A stretch of DNA of 64,000 nucleotides from Patescibacteria group bacterium (GTDB lineage: Bacteria > Patescibacteriota > Minisyncoccia > Phycocordibacterales > UBA1006): NCBI GenBank assembly GCA_028286885.1, contig JAQBQS010000007.1, positions 17,645 to 81,644 on the forward strand, in the 5' to 3' direction. Each line of letters opens with the position of its first letter. Position 1 is the first letter of the stretch. This document shows, piece after piece, positions 20,563 through 28,554 of the stretch. The notes under the pieces are model-generated. The model was given only the letters and a program-made list of their open reading frames with translations. It ran no database searches and was not told where the DNA came from. A program made the position numbers and the translations under genes.

Positions 20563-21333
20563 ATGAGCACAACAACTCCCGATAATTCCCGCGATCCTGA
20601 TCAAAAAGCGATCGTGGAAGAATTTCTAAGCCAAGGCAAGGATCCGTTCGACCGCACAATAGTGGAACAGATTTTTGTAGAAAGAGGCGGCGAAAAAATC
20701 TACAACAAGATCATCCTTGAGAGCGAGTCTTGGTACGCAATGCCGAACCTTTGGCCGCTGCCTTCCTCGCAGAATCATTTCGTGGCAATCTGCCAGCGCA
20801 ACATCAAGACGCCGTTCGAACTTGAAAAAGAAGAATGGCATGGATTGATGGAAACGGTCAGGACGCTTACGCACGATCATTCGATCCGAAAAGGCGCGTT
20901 CTGCATGAGATTCGGCGTCCCTGAAATTTCAGGGACGACCGTCACCCACCTGCACGGACATCTGATCAAGGCCGTCCAAAAAGAGACCGTCGATTTTTTC
21001 GTAGGCCCTCGCGATGGCATGCCTTCCACGCCTGGCTTCAACCAGGAGCTGCGCGAAGACGTTCAGTTTCAAAACAAATTTTGGAACGTAAGGACGTCAA
21101 CCGATCAAAGGCTTGTCTTTAAAATGGAATTCAAAAACGAACCTCTCTGCGACATTTGGAATCTCACACCCCTTGAATGGGAAGAATTCCGGACGACGGT
21201 TGAAGGGATCGCCAAAAAATTCCAAATCGGCGGCGGAGCAATCTGCATCCGTTTCGATACCCTCAATGGAATTGATGCATGGCTTCTGTCGCCTGCGAAG
21301 AACGAGAAATTTATTTTTCAAATCAAAAACTAA
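20563..21333 (+). CDS. Tandem HIT-like nucleotide hydrolase (one intact HxHxH domain, one degenerate)
   Basis: TVTHLHGH motif; internal repeat EEW..L..GAFCMRF / LEW..F..GAICIRF. Confidence 0.75.
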   Translation: MSTTTPDNSRDPDQKAIVEEFLSQGKDPFDRTIVEQIFVERGGEKIYNKIILESESWYAMPNLWPLPSSQNHFVAICQRNIKTPFELEKEEWHGLMETVRTLTHDHSIRKGAFCMRFGVPEISGTTVTHLHGHLIKAVQKETVDFFVGPRDGMPSTPGFNQELREDVQFQNKFWNVRTSTDQRLVFKMEFKNEPLCDIWNLTPLEWEEFRTTVEGIAKKFQIGGGAICIRFDTLNGIDAWLLSPAKNEKFIFQIKN

Positions 21334-21338
21334 ACTGA

Positions 21339-22265
21339 ATGCAAAAACATTATTATTTACCGACAAGCGAGAGAGTTCCCGACGAACAGTATCGCAACCT
21401 GTTGAAAACCATTCTTGAAAAAGGAAAAAAGATGATGCCCATCCACGGACAGGCGGCATGGCGGCTGGTAGGACATCGCATGGAATTCGACATGAAAAAC
21501 GGCTTTCCTGTCATTACTGAACGCGACATGTCCAGGAACTGGAAAGGCGCGATTGGGGAGCTTGTCGCGTTTTTAAACGGAGCCCGGACGCTCGATGAAT
21601 TCGTAAGCTTCGGCGGACCGAAAGTCGCATGGGAGGGAACGGTTACGGAAGAGAAATGCAGAATTTTCGGACTGGAAGCCGGCGACCTCGGTCCCGGTTC
21701 ATACGGTCCCGGATGGACGGCGGTGCCAACGCCATACGGAATTCCTTTCAACCAGGTCGACAATCTGGTCAATCAGATCAGAAAAATGCCGCATCTGCGT
21801 ACGCATGTTCTCGACCCCTGGATACCTTACTTCACATGCAACGCCAACGCTGAATTCCCGAGAAAGGTCGTGACGGCGCCTTGTCACGGATGGGTACACG
21901 TTCATATCTTCCAAGAGGACAAGACGTTCATTTTGGAACATAAGCAGCGGAGCGCGGATGCTCCGGTCGGTCTTCCCTTCAACATTATTGAATACGCCGC
22001 ACTCGGTCTCGAGCTGGAACGGATCCTCGGATACGAGTATGTGTTCGACAAGTACGTCTATTACATTTCGGACGCGCACATTTACGAGTCGCAGCTTCCT
22101 TACGTTGAAGAACTTCTGCAAGACGAACCGAGAACGTTTCCGACGATTGATCTTGCTGAAACTTCCCCTACTGACAGACTGCAGGAATTTAGAAAAGAGA
22201 ACTTTTTGATAAGCGATTACAATCCTCACATAAGATCGTTCTCGACCATTCCTACGCCGCTCTAA
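21339..22265 (+). CDS. thyA: Thymidylate synthase, divergent
   Basis: APCH, QRSAD..GLPFN, DAHIY. Confidence 0.88.
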   Translation: MQKHYYLPTSERVPDEQYRNLLKTILEKGKKMMPIHGQAAWRLVGHRMEFDMKNGFPVITERDMSRNWKGAIGELVAFLNGARTLDEFVSFGGPKVAWEGTVTEEKCRIFGLEAGDLGPGSYGPGWTAVPTPYGIPFNQVDNLVNQIRKMPHLRTHVLDPWIPYFTCNANAEFPRKVVTAPCHGWVHVHIFQEDKTFILEHKQRSADAPVGLPFNIIEYAALGLELERILGYEYVFDKYVYYISDAHIYESQLPYVEELLQDEPRTFPTIDLAETSPTDRLQEFRKENFLISDYNPHIRSFSTIPTPL

Positions 22266-22299
22266 CTTAAAAACCCTTGCCATTGGCAAGGGTTGTTTT

Positions 22300-23205
22300 T
22301 TATTCCTCAAAAAGAACATGTTTGATTTCAATCCCCGCATCCTCGATCACCTTCTGCCCGTCGATATTGGAATATCCTTTCACGAAGTACAGGGTTTTGA
22401 TGCCGGTACCCGCAACCAGCCGAGCGCAGTTGGCGCATGGAAAGTCCGATACGAGCATACTCATCCCGACAAGGGGCTTTCCCGTGCGGGTCGATGCGAC
22501 GATCGCGGCGGCTTCGGAATGGATCGAGGTGAAATAATCCAATCCGACGCCCGGAGTGAAATTAAACCTCGTGTCGCCGAAGACGTTCAATGCCAGATCG
22601 TTCGGAAAATGCCTGTTGTAGGCGCCGACCAGGATGTTCCCTTCGCTGTCGAAGATGACCGTTCCTGTCTGGCGCCACCAATCGTGCGATTTCAGCACCT
22701 GCTTTTTCAATTCGGCAACCACCTTTTCAGGAAGATCGCGTTCGGAAATCTGCGCAACGGCAACCTGATGTTTCAGAAGAGTCGCCTTCATGTCCCATCT
22801 CAGGAACATCCTCTCGAGAGTCGTATGCTCGCGCAGATGCGGCATCTTGTCCAAAATCAAGGCCGTAACATCGTCATCCGGCATTACGATTGCTTCTGAC
22901 TTTTGTACATGGTGTTCAGCATAAAATTTTACTGAATCGATCATCTTCAAGATTCCGACGTGGACTTTGATTTTTTTCTCGGCGAAATAAAGCTTCAACC
23001 ATTCAAAGACGAGGTCCGTGCTTACCGCGCGAAGATCTCTCTCAAAATGCTCGAGTTCGGAAATCTTGCCCCTCTTGGCAATTTCTTTCACGTTCAGGAG
23101 GTACAGCTCGTCGCCATCCTTCAGGTGTTTTTCAAAAAAATCGAGATATCCCTGATGGATACAAGGCACGTATGCAAAAAGTCCTTTCTTTTTCTTGTCT
23201 CCCAT
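22300..23205 (-). CDS. dCMP-deaminase-like protein with an N-terminal degenerate nucleotidyltransferase-like domain
   Basis: HSEA and PCANC zinc motifs; N-terminal AYVPCIHQGY. Start re-called at MGDKK. Confidence 0.8.
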   Translation of the reverse strand: MGDKKKKGLFAYVPCIHQGYLDFFEKHLKDGDELYLLNVKEIAKRGKISELEHFERDLRAVSTDLVFEWLKLYFAEKKIKVHVGILKMIDSVKFYAEHHVQKSEAIVMPDDDVTALILDKMPHLREHTTLERMFLRWDMKATLLKHQVAVAQISERDLPEKVVAELKKQVLKSHDWWRQTGTVIFDSEGNILVGAYNRHFPNDLALNVFGDTRFNFTPGVGLDYFTSIHSEAAAIVASTRTGKPLVGMSMLVSDFPCANCARLVAGTGIKTLYFVKGYSNIDGQKVIEDAGIEIKHVLFEE

Positions 23206-23215
23206 TTTGTTGTTT

Positions 23216-23800
23216 TTAATTTTTATTGATTTTAAATGAAATATTATGCTTTGAAAAAACATTTTCGAGATCCTGCGAAAGATCAAGCATCTTGTCGATG
23301 CTTCCTGACTCGACAATATCACGAATACGCGCCGTTGTCGAGGTCTGCGCTTGAGGCTCGAGGCATACGATCTGCTTGCAGTACGCACCGTGTTCCTGAC
23401 GAATCGCCTGTTCGAAATTTTCAGTGTCCTTCGTCGAACTCGAAATGACGAATACATCGGGCGTGAGCTTGCGGACCAGGCTGCCCAAATCGTCCACTTC
23501 GTCGCGGATAGTCACAAAATCCACCCATCGCAGAGAACAGATCATTGAAACGCGCTCTTTTTCAGGAACGATCGGGCGGTGGTTTCCTTTCCGCTTCTTG
23601 GTCATCGCGTCGGAATCAACCCCGACGATCAGGACGTCGCCCAGCTCCTTTGCCTTTTGGAGATATTTGGAGTGCCCGATATGGACCAGGTCAAAAACTC
23701 CTTGCGTAAGGACGAGTTTCCTTCCCTGGCTGCGCAGCTCCGCGGCCAGTGCCTCAAGGTCTCCGGGATTGACGAAATAAGCGCCTGTCATATCCGCCAT
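23216..23800 (-). CDS. Cytidylyl/adenylyltransferase (RfaE/TagD-like HIGH superfamily)
   Basis: GVFDLVHIGH, LIVGVDSD, RPIVPEKER, STTARI. Confidence 0.88.
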   Translation of the reverse strand: MADMTGAYFVNPGDLEALAAELRSQGRKLVLTQGVFDLVHIGHSKYLQKAKELGDVLIVGVDSDAMTKKRKGNHRPIVPEKERVSMICSLRWVDFVTIRDEVDDLGSLVRKLTPDVFVISSSTKDTENFEQAIRQEHGAYCKQIVCLEPQAQTSTTARIRDIVESGSIDKMLDLSQDLENVFSKHNISFKINKN

Positions 23801-23897
23801 CCTACTCCTGGAAGCTATAAAAGCAAGTTGTTTAAAACCAAGAAAACGTATCTCAAATATGTCAAAAAATCCCCTCTCGGGAATTTTTTGGATCGAA

Positions 23898-24320
23898 CTA
23901 TTTGATTTCGATGCCCATTGACCGCGCAGAACCTACAACGATCTTCTTGGCAGCGTCGACGGTGCGAGCGTTGAGATCCGGCAACTTGATTGTTGCGATT
24001 TCCGTCAGCTGCGCGTCCGTGATTGAACCGGCCTTTTTCTTGGCATTTGTTCCTGATCCCTTGTCGACTTTAGCGAACTTTTTGAGGAGCGCTGAAACCG
24101 GAGGGGTCTTCAAGATGAATGTAAATGATCGGTCATCGTAGACGGTCATCAAAACTGATACCATCTCGCCCATGTTTTCGCGGGTCATCCCGTTGAACTG
24201 GTTTACGAATTCTCCGATGTTGACGCCGGCCTGTCCGAGGACCGGTCCGAGAGGTGGGGCTGGTGTCGCCTTCCCGCCTGCGATCTGCATTTTAATTGTC
24301 TTGGTGATTTTTTTAGCCAT
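23898..24320 (-). CDS. rplK: 50S ribosomal protein L11
   Basis: ATPAPPLGP.LGQ.GVNI, KTPP, GSARSMGI. Confidence 0.98.
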   Translation of the reverse strand: MAKKITKTIKMQIAGGKATPAPPLGPVLGQAGVNIGEFVNQFNGMTRENMGEMVSVLMTVYDDRSFTFILKTPPVSALLKKFAKVDKGSGTNAKKKAGSITDAQLTEIATIKLPDLNARTVDAAKKIVVGSARSMGIEIK

Positions 24321-24466
24321 GTAATAAGTTTCAAATTGTGCGTGAAGCTGCGCAATTGATAATCAGCGTAACGAGAATACCTTAGCATTATTTAATTTTT
24401 TTGTCAAAAAAATCCCCGAGCTGTGCGGGGATTTTAAATTACTGCTCGGGCGCCCTGATATAAGGT

Positions 24467-24700
24467 TCATCCAGGTGGGGTATAAATATCCTCACTCGAC
24501 GTCATCTTGTTCCTGGACATTCTCTGAAGCATGAATCTTACGAACATGCAGAAGAGAAAGATCAGAATAAGGACTAGGGCTGTCTTTAAGCCCCAAGCCT
24601 TGTAAGCGATGAGCGCCTTCCATCCCGCGATCAGCAAAATGGCAGGCATGGGAAGCGAACCGAGTACCGTTGTACGTTCATAATGTAAAGCTTTTTTCAT
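24467..24700 (-). CDS. Orphan small membrane protein inserted between nusG and rplK
   Basis: Two TM segments, an A-rich leader and flanking hairpins. Confidence 0.55.
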   Translation of the reverse strand: MKKALHYERTTVLGSLPMPAILLIAGWKALIAYKAWGLKTALVLILIFLFCMFVRFMLQRMSRNKMTSSEDIYTPPG

Positions 24701-24761
24701 ATATTTGGTTTTTTAAAACAATACCACATATTCAAGAAAAAACAAAATCCGCATTGCGGAT

Positions 24762-25307
24762 TTACATTTTTTTCACCTGTGAGAAGTCGAGCTCGAACGG
24801 CGTTTCGCGTCCGAACATCGAAACGAGAACTTTAACCTTGCCCCGTTCCGCATCAACCTCGGATACTTTGCCTTCCTGGTCCTTAAACGCACCCTCTGAA
24901 ATCGTGACGAGATCTCCGACCGCGACAACCATGTTGTGCTTCGTGTCGCCGATCTTCATGCGCGCCATGACGGCATCGATTTCTTCTTGGCGCATCGGAA
25001 CCGGAACGGTGCCCGAACCTACGAATCCTGTCACGCGCGGCGTGTTTCGAATCACGTACCACGAGTCGTCCGTTACGATCATATCCACGAGAATGTACCC
25101 GGGATAGAATTTTTCGTCGACTTCGACGCGCTTTCCGTTTTTGACCTTGATGACTTTTTCGGTCGGAACGAGCACGTTGAAAATCTTGTCCTGCATGCCG
25201 AGGGATTCCACGCGCTGCTTCAAGTTTCGCTCTACCGCGTTCTCATACCCGGCGTAGGTATGGATCGCAAACCATGCGCGCTCCTGATGGGTATCTTGTC
25301 GTGCCAT
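24762..25307 (-). CDS. nusG: Transcription termination/antitermination factor NusG
   Basis: WFAIHTYAGYE, YPGYILV, TPRVTGF, MFGRETP. Confidence 0.98.
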   Translation of the reverse strand: MARQDTHQERAWFAIHTYAGYENAVERNLKQRVESLGMQDKIFNVLVPTEKVIKVKNGKRVEVDEKFYPGYILVDMIVTDDSWYVIRNTPRVTGFVGSGTVPVPMRQEEIDAVMARMKIGDTKHNMVVAVGDLVTISEGAFKDQEGKVSEVDAERGKVKVLVSMFGRETPFELDFSQVKKM

Positions 25308-25322
25308 AGATGTTAAAGAAAA

Positions 25323-25493
25323 TTAGCCGATAATTGCTCGCAATACCATCGCAAAGAATGCGTCGAGCGCTCCGAGGTAGTAGCCGATGACAACCGCAAT
25401 GACGATGACGATTGCAGCCAAGCCAAAGGCCTCTGCCGGCTTCGGCCAAACGAGCTTTCCGTATTCAGTCTGGAGTCCTTTGATAAAATTCAT
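25323..25493 (-). CDS. secE: Preprotein translocase SecE (not in ORF track)
   Basis: MNFIKGLQTEYGKLVWP...YLGALD; lies immediately upstream of nusG. Confidence 0.92.
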   Translation of the reverse strand: MNFIKGLQTEYGKLVWPKPAEAFGLAAIVIVIAVVIGYYLGALDAFFAMVLRAIIG

Positions 25494-25594
25494 AGAGGTG
25501 AATGGTTAAATGAGTTTAAGCTTTTTTAAAAGCCCGTGAGGGCTCTGATAAGACAAGAATACTCCCTTTAGGAGAAATAGTCAAGAAGACCAAT

Positions 25595-25750
25595 ACCACC
25601 CCGCCTCGCAGGGCCGAGGCACCCCTCCTAAAAGGAGGGGACAACTTCGTATTTACTGAAGGTTGTGATTTGCCTGAACGCTAGATTTTGAAAATAACCA
25701 AATGGAAGTGTCTCCCCCTTTTAGGGGGAGTGGCCGAAGGCCGAGGGGGT
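25595..25750. repeat. Inverted pair of REP-like GC-rich palindromes flanking about 70 bp
   Basis: ACCACCCCGCCTCG..GGCACCCCTCCTAAAAGGAGGGGA and the reverse-oriented ACCCCCTCGGCCTTCGGCCACTCCCCCTAAAAGGGGGAGA. Confidence 0.7.
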
Positions 25751-25751
25751 A

Positions 25752-26156
25752 CTAAATTGGTTTGCACTCTACGCATCTGCATCCGTGCGGCTTGATATGC
25801 TCGTCGAAGTATTCTTCTCCGTAGTCGTACGTCAATTCGTCGCCCTGCGCGATGTTTTTCTTGGCGATGATGAAAATGCGGCCGCCTTTGTTTTCCGCCT
25901 CGCAGTTGGCGGCGGACTTACAGGCGTGATTTACATAACGCGCTGTATTCTTGCGTGTCGTGCCGTCAATCGTCCATTTCGAGTTGATTTCAAAGAGATA
26001 TTTTCCTCCCCGCTTGTTGGCCTCCTCGGCGGTGATTTTTTCGCCGACGTATTCGATGATCCTGGTTCCTTTCTTGATCGCCTCGCCTGCAAACAAACCG
26101 AGTCCGGCATATGACTTTTTTACGTCGAGTTTAAGCGCTGTCGTTTTGGTGTTCAT
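25752..26156 (-). CDS. SET-domain protein-lysine methyltransferase
   Basis: GLGLFA, ARYVNHAC, ELTYDY, post-SET CRCVEC. Confidence 0.92.
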   Translation of the reverse strand: MNTKTTALKLDVKKSYAGLGLFAGEAIKKGTRIIEYVGEKITAEEANKRGGKYLFEINSKWTIDGTTRKNTARYVNHACKSAANCEAENKGGRIFIIAKKNIAQGDELTYDYGEEYFDEHIKPHGCRCVECKPI

Positions 26157-26224
26157 GTGTCTCACATTCTACAGAAAAGATTTTTTTATGCAAAAAAAAC
26201 GGCTCGCGGGAGCCGTTTGTAAAT

Positions 26225-26692
26225 TTAGAGAGATGCTCTGCGCAACGGATGCTGTTCGTCATAAAGGCTGACCAGCTGATCTACTTCTCCAGAAAAACTC
26301 TTGAAGTCCATTTTGTATTGCGCTTCCTTTCCGTTGAAGTAAAAACCGGTACTGTCCTTTTCCGAATAGACAAAGGTATGCTCGCCGGTCGTGATGCCCT
26401 GCCTTCTTGTACCGATTGCAAATCCGTCATCGAGGACTACGAAGCAAAGATTCACTGTGCTGCGCGATCCGAATGACACCGGAAATTCTTTCGTCTGTTC
26501 GATGCCTGCCGCTTTTTGAATGCGCTGCAGCATTGCCAATTTTGACTTGAAATCATTGGCGAGCTCTGTGGCTTTCGCTTTTTCAAAGTGCTCCATCCCC
26601 GCCTTTTCTGCCAGTTCCTTTGACGCTTTCACGTTTCGGCTGCAGCTGCACAATACGGCAGCCGCCAGGAATGCCAAGAATACATTTCTCAT
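26225..26692 (-). CDS. Orphan lipoprotein
   Basis: MRNVFLAFLAAAVLCSC lipobox; own TTGACT promoter. Confidence 0.7.
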   Translation of the reverse strand: MRNVFLAFLAAAVLCSCSRNVKASKELAEKAGMEHFEKAKATELANDFKSKLAMLQRIQKAAGIEQTKEFPVSFGSRSTVNLCFVVLDDGFAIGTRRQGITTGEHTFVYSEKDSTGFYFNGKEAQYKMDFKSFSGEVDQLVSLYDEQHPLRRASL

Positions 26693-26810
26693 GTTTTTTG
26701 TTTTTGATTAAAAAATTTGTTTCGATTTAAGGTAACATTTATATTTAAGTAAGTCAAGTAACCATGTCCATATAAAAAACGGCCCTATCTAGAGCCGTTT
26801 TAACTAACCA

Positions 26811-27221
26811 TTACAACTGATTCTGCAAATGCGAAAGGTATATTCTGTTCTCTGATTGCGAAAGAGCATATGCCCATACTTTCATGTATATAATACCCAT
26901 TAAAAGAAACATGACTATCGCAACAATGGAGAAAAGAATATCCAGGCCTTTTTGCATCAACAGCACCACGCTAACATTCATTATGTTCGAGAAATCTGAA
27001 AAAATTTCTCTCGTAATGAAGTGAAGAATTGCATAAGAGGCAATGACTAGCGCAAAGCCGATTATCATTCGGACAAAATCAGACTGAAGCAATTTGAATT
27101 CTTGTTCAGCTTCTACTATTTCGGAAGCTGTTTTTTGAATTTCAGGCTGAAGGTCTTCCTTGTTTATCTGAGGAAATCTTCGTAAAGAAAATAAATTTGA
27201 TAAGATGATTGCCGGATACAT
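26811..27221 (-). CDS. Orphan membrane protein
   Basis: AT-rich, two TM segments, own TTGACT promoter. Confidence 0.6.
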   Translation of the reverse strand: MYPAIILSNLFSLRRFPQINKEDLQPEIQKTASEIVEAEQEFKLLQSDFVRMIIGFALVIASYAILHFITREIFSDFSNIMNVSVVLLMQKGLDILFSIVAIVMFLLMGIIYMKVWAYALSQSENRIYLSHLQNQL

Positions 27222-27325
27222 ATTTAAACTATTTAATTAGATAATGAATTCTCACTTATATAATAGCATTTATAAATATAAAAGTCAAGTAACAAAAAGC
27301 CCTTAGATGAAGGGCTTTTTGTTAC

Positions 27326-27913
27326 TTATTGCGCAAAAATTCTGACAAACGACATAACCGTTCCATCGTTTCCTGCCAGAACCAAGGAGTTCCCTTCCAT
27401 CGTGAGCTTGGCTCCGTTTCCGAGAAGCTTCCCAAACGAGCTTTCCGATTGCATGCTGTCGGCCGGGCTCTGGCATGCCATCATCGTGCTGACAAGGTTT
27501 GCCTTGATCACGCCGTTTGCAAGCGTAAACGCGCCTCCCATCGAATTGCAGAACTTCGCGTTGATGCGACCGTCCTTGAATCCGACAACGTAGCTTGCGC
27601 CGGGTGAAACAGAGTGTCCGTCAATTGACGCGAGCTGATAGCTCGTTCCGTCGAGAAACGATGGCGACCGTTCTGCTAACTGCATAGCCACGGACTTTGT
27701 CGGCTTTGCAACTGATTTCTTGGAAACAGGTTGCGGTTTCGTTGCCGTATCATGCGCGGCAATCGCCGAGGAAACGGCCTCGTCCGCAACTTGCTGGTTC
27801 TGCGACAAGGGCGCGGACTGGTGCCGATTATTCAAAGCAAGCGCAACGCATGCGGCCGCAAGAATAATTACAAGAACTCCGATGACCGACAATATCTTTT
27901 TGTTTGTTTTCAT
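27326..27913 (-). CDS. META-domain (HslJ-like) membrane-anchored protein
   Basis: CNSMGGAFTL..G....STMMAC. Confidence 0.85.
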   Translation of the reverse strand: MKTNKKILSVIGVLVIILAAACVALALNNRHQSAPLSQNQQVADEAVSSAIAAHDTATKPQPVSKKSVAKPTKSVAMQLAERSPSFLDGTSYQLASIDGHSVSPGASYVVGFKDGRINAKFCNSMGGAFTLANGVIKANLVSTMMACQSPADSMQSESSFGKLLGNGAKLTMEGNSLVLAGNDGTVMSFVRIFAQ

Positions 27914-28001
27914 ATCTGCATTGTAGCGGGAAGAAATTTTTTATGCAAAAAAACGGCTCTGGGCGAGCCGTTTTGTAACAATTCAAATCTTTTGAAGGAG
28001 T

Positions 28002-28460
28002 TTAATGATTTTGCTTTTCGTACAAATTCGCTAACTTTTTTACATCTGAATAAAAGTCCAAAAGCTTTTTTCCTTTTGTTTTCTCGGCAGTATTGTAATA
28101 ATAGCCCCCCTGGTAATTGTTTCCGCTCACAAAGGAAGACATGTTGTGATAGTCAGAAGATTGAATATCCACAGTCATTCCTATTGGGCATTTAAAAAAA
28201 CTAAGAATGATAGTGTCGGATCCATTTCTTACGGTAAACTGATAGTTTACATCTTTACCGACCGTATCATTACGACCAGCGTGTATTCGGCACATATCGT
28301 CAAGCACTACTTGAAACAAGTCTGCGCAAGCTCTGGAATCGAATTCCGAGACATTTGTCAGCTCGATACCGTTTCCGTTTTGTGGTTGAACTGGTTCTTT
28401 TTTAGTGCTGCATGAAGCAAGCACTGTCATTGCGAAAAATACAATAATAGGGTTTTTCAT
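28002..28460 (-). CDS. Orphan lipoprotein, likely distant paralog of 26225-26692
   Basis: MKNPIIVFFAMTVLASC lipobox; C-terminal FYSDVKKLANLYEKQ. Confidence 0.7.
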   Translation of the reverse strand: MKNPIIVFFAMTVLASCSTKKEPVQPQNGNGIELTNVSEFDSRACADLFQVVLDDMCRIHAGRNDTVGKDVNYQFTVRNGSDTIILSFFKCPIGMTVDIQSSDYHNMSSFVSGNNYQGGYYYNTAEKTKGKKLLDFYSDVKKLANLYEKQNH

Positions 28461-28554
28461 TTTTGATTTATTTTATTGATGAAGAAATATACCTTTATAT
28501 TAGCATATAATATGAGATAAGTCAAGTATCAAAAACCCTTCTTTTGGAAGGGTT

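Noticed and set aside
21339-22265. ThyA as a phage-type dCMP hydroxymethylase
   Set aside because: It keeps Asn in GLPFN (uracil-specifying) and is linked to DHFR, which fits reductive methylation.
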